DNA of 64,000 nucleotides, taken from assembly GCF_004010195.1 (NCBI RefSeq), contig NC_057718.1, positions 8,083,552-8,147,551 of the forward strand, written 5' to 3'. The stretch's first letter is position 1. Each line of letters begins with the position of its first letter. The position numbers were made by a program, and so were the translations under genes. The notes beneath the pieces were generated by a model. The model was not told where the DNA came from and searched no databases. It saw nothing but the letters and a program-made list of their open reading frames with translations. This document shows positions 1-11,800 of the stretch, piece after piece. Source of the stretch: Chiloscyllium plagiosum (lineage: Eukaryota).

Positions 1-375
1 CACATTCTGTTGCAATACTCAGGCAGTGCTTCACTGTTAGAGGTGCCATCTTTCAGATGAGACGCTCGACTGATACCCTGTCTACTCTCTCAGGCAGAGA
101 TACAGGATCATATAGTTACAAATCTGAAGAGTAGGGCAGTTATCCTCTGCATTCTGGCTTATAATGATCCTTCATCAACATGGCTAATTTACAGTCTCTA
201 TCTATAAAGAGTAAAATACTCTAAACAGTGAGAACATTATCCTGGCGTTAAGGCATTGTTCTTTATGGGAGCTGGCTTATATGTGTGCCACATTAACTAC
301 TCTTCTATTATATACCATCAGCTGTAAACCATTACAGCACCATAATTATGTGAAAGGTGCTATCTAAATGCAATT
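1..375 (+). mobile_element. Old DeuSINE/SacSINE1-like SINE (similar copies near 20.7, 24.2, 27.3, 30.8, 34.0 and 36.1 kb)
   Basis: Recurrent gtgct(g/t)cactgt(c/t)agaggtgc..tttcagatgagac core and gtgaaaggtgctat.taaatgcaa tail. Family name from recall only. Confidence 0.5.
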
Positions 376-1244
376 TTTTTCTTTCTTTCTGAGTAAATGA
401 AATATCACTTTGATGATTCAGTCCAATCACTCTAAGGTCTTCTCAAGCTTCCTCCCATTTTTCCTCGTCCATCTCTACCAGCTTAACCCTTTATTGCCTC
501 CCCCTTATTTATGTATCTAGCTTTATCCTAAATGTAATGATATCCTTCATTCCAACCACTCCCTGTGATAGTGGGTTCTGCATTCTTATCACTCTTTGGG
601 TAAGCACATTTGTTCTGAATTCCTGATAGAATTTCTTGGTTGTCTGCTTTATACCGATGGGTCTGTAGTTATACTGTCCCCCACAAGAGGAAGCATTCTC
701 TCTGTTTCCGGTCTCTCTGTTGAGGTGAATAGGTTGGGCCCAACAGTATGTCTTATTCTGGGCCTAACACATTCTGATGGAATGTCAGGAGTTTATCAAT
801 CTCAGTATTACAGGTCACCTATCAAATAGTAGTCCTTGATGACCACTCAGATGCCCACTTGAAAAGGAGTCAGAAACAGGTGAGGAACTGAAATCTTCCT
901 TTCTGGAGGGTGGGGTGGACTTAGTGATGGGAACCTATTCTTTCAGATTACAGAGCAAAATAACCAAGAACAGGGAGTTTTCTCTATTCATTCATGGGAT
1001 GTGGGTGTCACGAGCAGGGACAGAATTTATAGCCCTCCCTAACTGCCCTGGAGTTGGTGATGGCAAGCTGCCTTTTTGTTGCTCTGCAGTACATGTGCTG
1101 TGGGTAGACCTACAATGTGTAATCATCACTGAACATCCCACTTCTGACCTTACGATGGAGGGAAGTCATTGATGAGGCAGCTGAAGGCGATTGGGTCTAG
1201 GATACTACACTGAGGAACTCCTACAGGGATGGACTGGAGCTGAG

Positions 1245-1368
1245 GAGAAAGTGAGGTCTGCAGATGCTGGAGATCAAAGTTGAAACTTTATTGCTGGAAC
1301 AGCACAGCAGGTCAGGCAGCATCCAGGGAACAGGAGATTCGACGTTTCGGGCACAGGCCCTTCTTCAG
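1245..1368 (-). mobile_element. Short hammerhead-headed PLE derivative
   Basis: Minus-strand CTGAAGAAGGGCCTGTGCCCGAAACGTC (1341-1368) followed by the family 3' segment. Confidence 0.8.
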
Positions 1369-1684
1369 AGATGACTGACTCCCAACAACCATCTTCCAAT
1401 GTGCCAGGTGTGACTCCAACCAGCAGAGACTTCTTCCCCTCATTCCTAATGACTCCAATTTCGCAGAGGATTCTTGAAGCCATGCTCAATAAAAGGTTGT
1501 CTCAATGCCAAGGGCAGTTACTCTCCCCTCATGTGTTATTGAGGTAACTGATGTCTCCAATGAGAGTGAATATTAAAAAGTAATGCATTTACAATTGCAC
1601 TAAATGACAAATATTCCAGGAAACATTGAGAGAGAGTTTACAAAGGGTGAGCAGAGCAGGACTTCTGCAACACATTTAGGGTCA

Positions 1685-2313
1685 AAGAGTCATAGAGATG
1701 TACAATACGGAAACAGACCCTTTGGTCCAACCCATCTATGCCAACCAGATATCCTAACCTAATCAAGTCCCATTTGCCAACACTTGGCCCATATCCCTCC
1801 AAATCCTTCCTGTTCATGTACCCATCCAGGTGCCTTTTAAATGTTGCAATTGTACCAGCCTCCACCAATTCCTCTGGCAATTCATTCCACACATGCACCA
1901 CCCCTCTGCATGAAAATGTTGCCCCATAGGTTCCTTTTATATCTTTCCCCTCTCACCTTAAACCTATGCCCTCTAGTTCTGGACTCCCCCTCCTCAGGGA
2001 AAAGACCTTGTCTATTTACTCTAGCCATGCCCATCATGATTTTGTAAACCTCTATAAGGTCACCCCTCAGTCTCCGATGCTGCAGGGAAAGCAGCCCCAG
2101 CCTGTTCAGCCTCTCACTGTAGCTCTAACCCTCCAACCCTGGCAACATTCTTGTAAATCTTTTCTGAACCCTTTCAAGCTTCACAAAATCCTTCTTGTAG
2201 CGGGGAGACCAGAATTGTACACAATATTTCAAAAGTGGCCTAACCAATGTCCTGTACAGCAGCAACATGATCTCCCAACTCCTGTACTCAATAGTCTGAC
2301 CAATAAAGGAAAG
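1685..2313 (-). mobile_element. CR1/HER1-like LINE 3' fragment
   Basis: LYRTLVRPLLKYCVQFWSP...ERVQKRFTRMLPG, VWNELPEE and the ctctatgactct tail. Confidence 0.9.
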
Positions 2314-2864
2314 CATGTTTTATAATGACTCTACTGTGCAGTGTCTTTAGTGACACATTGCACATGAAACAGAACAAGTGTCTTGGACCATGTTACGGAC
2401 CAGTGAAACCCTTTCCCAGGGAACCAACAAAATAGAAACAAGTGCATACAATGTTTTAAAAGAATCTGACTCAAGATAACAAACTGACTAATGCCATGAG
2501 TAATGAAACTGGAGCTGTGAGTGGGCTGACTCACTCACTGAATAACTTCTCTTTGGATAGCCCACAACAGCACATTCTGTACATGCCACAGGCCCTACAA
2601 CATTGACCCTTCTAAGTCACCTCTTTCTTTCAACAAGCTTTGACTGATCGTATCTTGCTGCAAGCAGTGGAGATTATCCAATGATCCTCGGGGAAATTGT
2701 GCAGTGTTTCACTTTACCACAATGCCCCTGTCATCCCCTGTCAAGCAGCTGGTGGGACATACCCAATGGGCAGACTCTAACGCTATCTTTCCATTAGATC
2801 TCACTAGGCAGGAGCTACATAAAGTAGTTGGGTGTAGGCAGCATATAATCTGAAGACCGCATCT

Positions 2865-3140
2865 TTGTGTGGGCATTTGTGTGCATATATGCGCATGCGA
2901 GTGTGCTTGTGTGTATCTGTGTGCGTGTTTGCGTGTGTGCTCGTGTGTACATATGTGTGTGCATGTGTCTTTGTGTGCATGTACGTGTGTGCATGTGTAT
3001 ATGTGTCAGTTTGCGTACATCCGCATTTGTTTGTAGGCACGCGTATCTATCTGTGCATCTGTGTGTTTGTGTATTTGTGTGAATGTGCGCATATATGCAT
3101 ACCAGCGTGTGTATATGTGTGAGAAAGAGTGTGAGTGTGA
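2865..3140. repeat. Degenerate (TG/TA)n microsatellite
   Basis: Alternating purine-pyrimidine tract. Confidence 0.9.
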
Positions 3141-3263
3141 GGTAAGTGGAAATTGAAGGTCTAATGGGAAAAGTATATTATTGCGTGGGAACCATCCAGA
3201 TAAAGACAGTATAAGAGATTCAAAAAGAACCTAAACACATTAAATAATTAGCAGTATACTCAC

Positions 3264-3887
3264 CACAGCTCAGGTCACTGTTGGGTTCCAGCACACCAAC
3301 AGGAATATCCCAAAACGAATTCTCCCAGTCCACAACATTCCCTTTCTCATCACAGGTTAGGTCTAGCAGTGACTGACTGGACATGCTGAAGTTCCACAGT
3401 CGGACGTTGTAGAGGTCACCCGTGTAGGTGTTTCTGGTTGGAGTCACTTTTGGTGCCAGTGAGAGGGTACCACTGCCCGCAATGACCTTGTTCTGTGATG
3501 CTGGGCAGGGGTTGAGCTGGTACTTGTCTTGCATTTGGCTGATGATATTGCCAGATGTGCCATTCCAGGCGAGGCACAGCTCCCGCCAAGTATCAGTGAT
3601 CACTTCTTCGGAGAAGTGCTTAATCCAGAGCTCGCTAATGTTACACTCCACGTCGGATACTTCCAGGTGAATGTCATCGCCCTCCTTCTTGAACCTGATC
3701 TGTGCCGTGTCACTGCTGTCCGTGTATGAGAACAACGTCCACTTCTCCTCCTCCTTGGCTCCCCTGACCTCCAGGCATATTGTGAACTGCCGCAGCTCTG
3801 GGATGGTGATAGAAGGGGAAACTGCAACGGCGTGTTTCTGGGAGGTCTTCGACAACACCAGCATCTGATTCCGCAGTGAGACTGCCA
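3264..3887 (-). CDS. ADGRG6: ADGRG6/GPR126 pentraxin (PTX)-domain exon (624 nt, phase 1-1)
   Basis: (V)AVSLRNQ...IPELRQFTICLE...LCLAWN...GDLYNVRLWNFSM...LTCDEKGNVVDWENSFW...DLSC. Acceptor ttcag|TG and donor TGTG|gtgagt; in frame with the CUB exon (YKQ-V-AVSLRNQ as in GPR126). Confidence 0.95.
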
Positions 3888-4374
3888 CTGAACGGTAATC
3901 CAGAGGGAGAAGGGCAAAACAAAAAGAGCAAAGTTCAGCTGCAGAGTTACTGAAAGAGCAAGTCTCAATACAAAGGTGTGGAAACCTGCCAATGATGATA
4001 ATTCATAAGGTCTTCCCACATGTGTTTAATACAGTAACAATCTATAGCTGCAAAAAAGGCATCCGGACGGGTAAATGAATAGGAAGGGTTTAGAGGGATT
4101 AGGGCCACGTGCTGACAAATGGGACTAGATTAGGTTGGAATATCAGACAAATTGAACTGAAGGGTCTATTTCTGTGCTGTACATCTCCATGACTCCAAGA
4201 CTCTAAATATTCTGGATGAATAATTGGCTAAGAACAGGGTGCAAAGGACAGAGGAGTTGGTGTACAGTGTGCTTAACTTTGATAAAAAAAAGACCCACTG
4301 CTTTCTTTTAAAGACTGTTCAAGGTTGTTAGTGAGGCTGGACACTTGAATAATGAATGGTAAAAGGCAATTTAA

Positions 4375-5710
4375 AGGCATTAGTGAGATCGCATCTTGAG
4401 TATTGTATACAATTTCAGTCCACTTACTTGAGAAGGGATGTAATTGTATTCGAGAGAGTTCAGAGGAGGTTCATTACATTGATTCCAGAGAGGATGGCAT
4501 TATCTTATTGTTATGAAGTTGAAGGCATGTACTGAATCCTTAAGAGAGAGAGAATTCTGAATTGAGAACTTACAAGCACCTGTGTATATGACTAGGTGGC
4601 AGTCCCAGAGTAAGTTGGAAAATTGATAATATGTAACATTGGGCAGTGAAATGCATACCTGAGTTTTGGCTATTGTTTTGACAAAAATTTGAATTTAACC
4701 AATCAGTTTAAGTTATGCCCTAGGATACTAAAACCCAATTGAGTTTGAAATTATTGTTTTGCCAATGACACGATTCAATGTTGGGGGAGTATAAGAAGGT
4801 GGACATTCTGGAAATTGGTCAGAGAGCAACTGCCGTAGAGATAGAAACTGCTTGAGAGCTAAATGTCCATCCTACGTCATGCTCTTAAAGATATCAGAAA
4901 AAAATCCTCTCTATCCTTTTTCATGAAATGCTTATTCGCAGTGAAAAGAAAGAAGATGACCCAGGGTGATCAGCGGCCAGAAGAGTGAAGACACAGAAGA
5001 CGGCAGAGACTGTATGGTTTTGAAATTAAGTTGATGTCTTTTTAATAAGTTCCTTATTGGAACAGCATATTGTTACAGAGTTGGGGTCAGAGAGTAAGCA
5101 GTTAAAAGAAAGGAAGCTTAAATTTGTGAACAGGTTTTGTTTAATGTTCAATTTTAGAGTTAGAAAATAAATTGAGGCTATTTTCTTTAAATAGCAGCAT
5201 TTGGGAGTTCTCTGTCACTCATATTTTAACAGATTATGAGGCCAGGTGAGCTTTTCTGGGTGTTTGGTTTAACTAACAGAGGAGTTCACTGCCCCATGTT
5301 GTAACATTATGAACTTATTGTCCCTGGAGTTTAGAATAATGAGTGGAGATCTCTTTAAAGTATATAAGATGCTAAAGGGGATTGACAATGTAGATGTAGA
5401 GAAGATGTTTCCTCAAGTGGGTCTAAGTTTTGGGATAACGGGTTGCAAATTTAAAACAGAGATGAGGAGTAATGTTGTGAATCTGTAGAACACGCTACCA
5501 CAGTGTAATGGACTCTGTGGCACTGAGTAAATTTAAGGAAGAGATAGATTTTTAATTTGCAATTGATTAGAAGGATACGGGGGCCAGCCAGGGGAGTGAA
5601 GTTGAAGTCCAGATGAGATTAGCCACGTTCACATCAAATGGCACAGCAGACTCGAGGGGCTGAATGGCCTACTCCTGCTCCTAGTTCTTATGTTCCTAGT
5701 TCTTATGTTC
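4375..5710 (+). mobile_element. Old CR1 3' fragment split by the solo LTR
   Basis: Degenerate ALVRSHLEYCIQF..ERVQRRF; tail (ctagttcttatgttc)2. Confidence 0.7.
4509..5306. mobile_element. Solo LTR (798 bp), gypsy-like, inserted in a CR1 fragment
   Basis: TGTTA...TAACA termini and a 4-bp TSD ttat (4505-4508 and 5307-5310). CR1 sequence continues on both sides. Confidence 0.8.
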
Positions 5711-5861
5711 AATGGGAACCTGGTGATGTATCATTCAAAGGGGAAATCTAGTTTACCAGCTCCTTGCTCAGTTCGGGTTAAGAATTGCCTCTGAAGACAA
5801 AATTATGTGATCTGTTGAAACTGTGTTCCATAGAATGAGGCTTTATTAAAGGAGTGGGGCT

Positions 5862-6308
5862 AGAGTCTATCTGTATCCCAATCTTGAGTCAGACTGGTTC
5901 TGTATCTAAAGTAGGAATTTATAAAATGTTACATAGATTGACTGCCTGCATTGAATTCATTGTCTGAACTGAGATGTCACTTAATGTTATAACACCTTAA
6001 GTTATCTCAAGAATTGATATAAAAGCAGTTCTGGGATATACATATTAATGAACTGAAACCTGCAGCCCATTTTAAAAGGTAAAAGACTTAACTGCAATCT
6101 AGGTTTGTTCAATATATAATTTCAGTTGCATGATATTTTAATCTTTTGCTATAAATTCTGTGTCTTATGATCCTGCTCCACAGTTACCTGATAAAGAAAC
6201 AGCGCTCCAAAAGCTAGTGCTTCCAAATAAACCTGTTGGGCTATAACCTGGTGTTAAGTGATTTTTAAATTTTGTCCACTCCATCCAACACCGGCACCCC
6301 CACATCAT
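5862..6308 (+). mobile_element. PLE pseudo-LTR fragment, same family as 13601-15205, with a short 5' inversion
   Basis: 5955-6308 matches ~14845-15205; 5862-5950 matches the adjacent upstream part in reverse orientation. Confidence 0.75.
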
Positions 6309-6480
6309 CCCATACAAACCCAGACAGATTAAGGATTACTGGTTAAGCCGACTGGGTGCTGAAGTGTACCAATCATATAAAGTTATTTTATCTTTTAATT
6401 GTTAATAGGATGTGGACGCCACTGACAAAGCCAGCATTTAATACCCATCTCTACTTGCCCAGTGTCATGTTTATCCTGAG

Positions 6481-6704
6481 TCTAGATTATAGAGATGCTG
6501 GAAAAGCACAGCAGGTCAGGCAGCATCCGAGGAGCAGAAAAATCGACGTTTCGGGCAAAAGCCATTTATCAGGAAATGATGAAGGGCTTTTGCCCGAAAC
6601 ATCGATTTTCCTGCTCCTCGGATGCTGCCTGACCTGCTGTGCTTTTCCAGTACCAGTCTAATCTAGACTCTGGTTTCCAGTATTTGCAGTCCTTGTTTTT
6701 AACC
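6481..6704 (+). mobile_element. Short fold-back PLE derivative with two opposed hammerhead-like cores
   Basis: ~90-bp inverted arms and a 16-bp TSD tcatgtttatcctgag (6465-6480 and 6705-6720). Confidence 0.88.
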
Positions 6705-7408
6705 TCATGTTTATCCTGAGTTGATGCCCATTAGTAAAGGCATTTTGGACATGCAGTTCATTCACAATTTGCTAATGTCCAGGGTCAAATGTTACACTGG
6801 TCCATTCAGTCCTTTGTTTTGTGGTTTGTATATAGAAGGGCTAGACTTCCCATTGTTTTATTTCAACTTGTTGCAAATTGTACACCTGCTCTGATCTGAT
6901 GCAGAATGTGTTTGAAACAACACAGCTGGTCAGAAAACACAAACCATTTCAAGAAATGTTTGATTAAGAAACCACGCAAAAGTCATCAATGACCATATCT
7001 CAAAGTTTAGATTAATGGATGCGAGAGTAGAATTTCATCGAGGGGGGCTCTGGTGGCTTGAAAATATAATAATGAGTTGGGCTGGAATTTAAGCAAGTGT
7101 TACAATGAATGAATTATAAATAATGGAAACCTGGGACTGATTTGCAAAATGCAATAAAACAGATTGCCTGGTGTCACATCGCAAGCTTACTGCACCCACA
7201 TTGGCTGCTGCATTTCCTGCATTGCCACATGAACTGCTCTTCAAAAATGCTTTATTGTCTATAAAGCACATAGAACATCCTGAGTACGCAAAGGCGCTAT
7301 ATAAACTCAAGTCTCCCTTCAAATGCAGCATTAATCTCAGCAGAAAACATTTCCAAAAGCCATACAATGCAATAAGTATTTTTACTGGCCATTTCTTTTA
7401 TCACGTAC

Positions 7409-7750
7409 CTTGTTTGTAGGAGACCCTGAATCCTTTCTTTTGGATGCTAAAGTCAGTCTTGAACGTGACAATCATTTGATTCCCCGTAGAGTTCAACGTG
7501 AGGCCCTTAGCCGTGACACCGCAAAATTCTATGAGCTCAGCCCCAGTGTTTATTGATACTAAGTCGTACAGACATCTTTGTGCTTCCTCTAACTCGAACT
7601 CGTGAAAGGTCAACTGTATGATAAATCCAGGAGGGGCTCGGATTGTCCACTTGCAACTTAAATCAGAAACATACTCCCGGGGGAAGCAAGGGGATGTGAA
7701 CTGTCCTGTGGGACCGGTTAAAGTTTCTGTGCATTTTGAGCAGCCCAACA
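7409..7750 (-). CDS. ADGRG6: ADGRG6/GPR126 CUB-domain exon (342 nt, phase 1-1)
   Basis: LGCSKCTETLTGPTGQFTSPCFPREY...FELEEAQRCLYD...FCGVTAKGLTLNSTGN...KTDFSIQKKGFRVSYKQ closely resembles the GPR126 CUB domain. Acceptor attccagcag| and donor CAAG|gtacgt. Confidence 0.95.
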
Positions 7751-8731
7751 CTGCTGGAATCCAACAGGAGAGAAAGAAAATGGCACAACACAATTATACT
7801 TGTCAACATGACCTAGGAAAACTTGACATGCGTTGGGCACAGACCCAACAGGATCAGGATAGGGAAGTTGCCAAGAATTAGTTCCAGGCATGCGGTCAGT
7901 CATTTGGAGGAAGGGAATTTGATCATGGATTGGCAAGAACACAGCACTGGGGTGGCGGTCAACCACAGCATGGACCCTCTGGCCTCTCTGCAGGGATTCA
8001 TCTCAGACAGTCCAAACCCCATCCTCCAAAATGATCGTGGATCTCCTCCCAAAAGCACTAAGTGATGCTGGGCTATTGTGTCCCTGACTCCATAAGCCAG
8101 TTCAAGTTGAAAGGACAAACATCGCACCATAGTCTGGACAGCAGGTTACTCACCATGGACATTATCATTATGCAGGAGGAGGCCATTCAGCCCCTCAAGT
8201 CTGTTCCGCTCTTAAATTACATTGTGGGTATCCATCTCCCTTGGGAGTGGGACAAGGGAGTGTCATACTGCATAATCCTTCGTGCTGTTACCCAAACTAT
8301 CAATCTCCATTTTGACATTTTCAACTCATTTCCCTCCCCCTTTCTTGTGGAGAAACTTTTATATTTTCCAAACCTTTTATGGTCCCTGAATGGGGTAGCT
8401 CCAATTTAAACACTGCACCCTCATGCTTTAGGGCCTGTCCCACCAGAGGAACTAATTTTCTGTGTCCATCTTGGCATCTTAATCAAACCTAATCTTGTCC
8501 TCAGCGTTAAAGGAAACTTTCTCTCTCTGCAGGTCGGGACCAGACTGTCAAACCATTATTTATGATGATTACATGTGTACAGAGTAGAGGGAGTCCATCC
8601 CCCACCTGCCTCTTCAAGTTTTCAAATTGCTCATGTGTTTTCACCCATGACCTCTATGCTGGCTGACCAACATGGCCTCCTGAGAGAAAGTTCCTCCTTC
8701 CCCCAGCTACCACAGCCACATCTCCTTTGGC

Positions 8732-8832
8732 ATTCCTGATGAAGACCTTATGCTCAAAACGTTGATTCTCCTGCTCCTTGGATACTGCCTGACTGGCTGT
8801 GCTTTTCCAGCGCCACACTTTTCAACGTGGAC
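8732..8832 (+). mobile_element. Degenerate short PLE derivative
   Basis: attcctgatgaagaccttatgctcaaaacgttg...gcttttccagc, matching the same family. Confidence 0.7.
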
Positions 8833-11800
8833 TCCTGACCTGACAAGGCTCAAGTTTTAAAATTCTCATCCTCGTGATCAAATCCCTCAAAGAGCTCTCT
8901 ATCTCTGTTGTGTCCTGCAATCCTCCGAGATATCTGTGCACCTCCAACCCTGGCCTTCGCTCACACTCCATTGCTCCTCCTGACAGTAGGTGGAAATATT
9001 GGAATAACCTGAGCCTGATGTGCTTGCTGCATGACAATGAGTCTTACAGGAGACTCGCCGACTTTACAGATTCTCCCTGGAGTGGGACAAGGGAGTGCCA
9101 TACTGCACTCAGCCTCTCCACAGGATCCCTTGCTTGCATGCAGTTACCCTTGGACCATGCTGTACTGTGATGAGGTACATCTCATGCCACAACCTTGGTA
9201 GGAGCACCTTCCAGCAGTAGACTAGAGTAGAACCCTATTTGAACATGTCCATTCATTAGCTGAGCCTAATCCACCAACAGAAATGTAGCACAATGCCATC
9301 TGACCTTTGCCAAATACTCAACCCTATTCCTATTAATTGGGATTTCAACAGTCTAAGTACCAGGAAAGGGAATGTTGCCTGACTATGGGTGATAGGTCCA
9401 GTAACTGTGGCAGAAACAATACGCCAGTGCTGTGAGGGCATTAAGAAGAGGAGAGGTGACAGTATTAGCAACAGTAAGGTTAAAAAAAGGAGCAATGCAG
9501 ATATAGTGAGGGCCACACACATCATTCAGGGCATGCAGAGGCATGTGCAATTTGTTTGCAGGTTTTCTTAATTATTTTTTTGCAACACACGATGGCTATC
9601 AAGATGTGCCAGTACAACAAACATTTATTATGTCTTCTTCTGGATCTGAGCACGTTCTATTCCCAACTCTTTAGTCTGCCCTTTATCCTACTGAGATATT
9701 ATTGTCCTATCACTGTCAAATGTTTGAAAACTTTAAAATCAGGATCACCGTGACTTGTGGTTTGCTGTCAAATTTTGTCAGACAATGCTTCTGCGAAGTA
9801 CGTCAGGATAGTTTCACTCCATTAAAGGTACTATCTAAATGCAAGTTGTTGTCCTGATATTCAAACAAATGGAGTCTATGACACTCAGGATGTTTCATTC
9901 ATAACCGTACAAGTACGCAATGTATAGCTCTGAGCTATGAACTATACTGAACAGTAACACCAATAAATAACAGCATCAACAGGGACAAACACTATAGATG
10001 CATTGCTGTTCAAACACAGCACCCAACCCATCCACCTCTACCTCCAACATTGCTACTATGGCAGTGTGGCTGTGCCAAAGTCAAGCAATGTGCCATTCTG
10101 GATAAGTGTCCATCCTCACTGCACCTGAACATCTGGTCCCTCTTAGGAGCACTACCTTAAGAACAGCAATGAATCAAAACAGAAGCCCTAATACCATCCT
10201 CCAGGAGTAACCAGACATGACCCTCATCAGCAAAACAAAATAACACTATAATTACACTCTGCACTTTTGACAATACATGACACAGTTAACAATAGCTAGT
10301 AGTAATCAATTAAAAATTATAATTTCCACATTACACAGTAATACTCAATACCAACAATGATTGACAATGCTGCCAATTATATGTAACGCTATCTACTACT
10401 GACAATGTGTAAAACTATTAATTATACTTCACACAGTCAACTATGCAGAATATAGGACACAATACATAAAAGGACAATTAACAATTGCCATTACTGTCAA
10501 CAATATGAAAAACTGCTTGTCTTATCAACAGTGTGTAGCATTGTCAAATATAGATATGAATCAAACATGATTCCCATTGTATAACTGCAAACACCACTCA
10601 GTGATATCAACAACTCTTAACACAATCAAACTCCATGTCATTGAAATTCAACAATATCAGCAATGCTGATCCTCACCTACTTTATACAATGTCATCACAA
10701 ACACACAGCTTTCTCAATAACACATCTTGTAATTGCTACCTAACATACCCATAATTTCCACAGTGTTGGCAATAATTTTTAAAATTCATTCATAGGATGT
10801 GGGTTTTGCTGGTTAGGCCACCAGTTATTCCCCTTCCCTAGTCACCCAGAGGGCATTTTGTTGTGGGTCTGGAATCGCATGCAGTTGAGGATGGCAGATT
10901 TTCTTCCTTAAATGGCATTTGTGATATTTTTATGCCTCTGATAACTGTTTCATAGTCATCATTAGATACTGAATTCCAACTTTTTAAACATTGAATTCCA
11001 ATTTTTACTATGGCAGAAATTCAAAACAGAACCTTACCTGGGTGTCTGGATTAATAGTCTAGTGATAATCCCAAAATGGTGATTCTCCCCATTATCATGC
11101 ATTAACACTGTTATAAATATACTTGTACTTAAACAAGAAGTTAGCCTTGAAAATCCACACTTCCATCCAGAATCAAACCAGAATCAGTACTTTGTGCATT
11201 CCTTATATTTTCAGATCCAATAATATATTTTATCATAAATTCAACCTGCTCACACTACCAGAGCGATCCACAAGATTCCCTCTGAGACCAAAATTTAGAC
11301 AATAAGGAATATCCATGCTAAAACCAACACTGTTTGCTTCATTTTCACAGACTCCATGCTATGTCTGCACAATTCACCATTTCTGAACATTGTGAAAATA
11401 ATGTAGAATCTACAAAGGGCATTTAGACTTTAAAGCTCTCTCCTTTCACAGTCCATAAAGCACCATTTCATGGACTGTACCCAAATTATTTAAAGCCCAT
11501 GGCCTCAAACTGTGTTTGAACTATTCATTGCAAGTAATCAAGCAAAGCTTCTGAGTACTTCCCTCCACAATTATTATTCAACCCTGCCCAACTCCATTTC
11601 ACAGACATCCTCTACTCTGTGTCCTTGGAGCACAGGAAGTATTAATTCTCCGCATCGTAACCCTCACTCTCATTCCTAACCCAGTACTGATCCACCTCCC
11701 TCTTGACATTCCAATTTAGTCTTTAACATGTTTCCAATTGTCAGGCACCATCCTCGTGACTGGTCATGTCAATGCAAATAAAATCTCCACCTTTGAAGTC

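Noticed and set aside
2755..2850. Possible next ADGRG6 exon (ttcag|ATTATATGCTGCCT on minus)
   Set aside because: The required phase gives DYMLPTPNYFM and then a stop with no convincing donor, so the next exon could not be identified.
2804..3122. His/Thr- or Cys/Val-rich ORFs (also 13931-14775)
   Set aside because: They are translations of CA/TG microsatellite tracts.
7813..8150. Coding-like GC-richer stretch next to the CUB exon (similar impression at 22277-22800)
   Set aside because: No recognisable domain or splice-compatible frame; possibly old TE debris, but not supportable.
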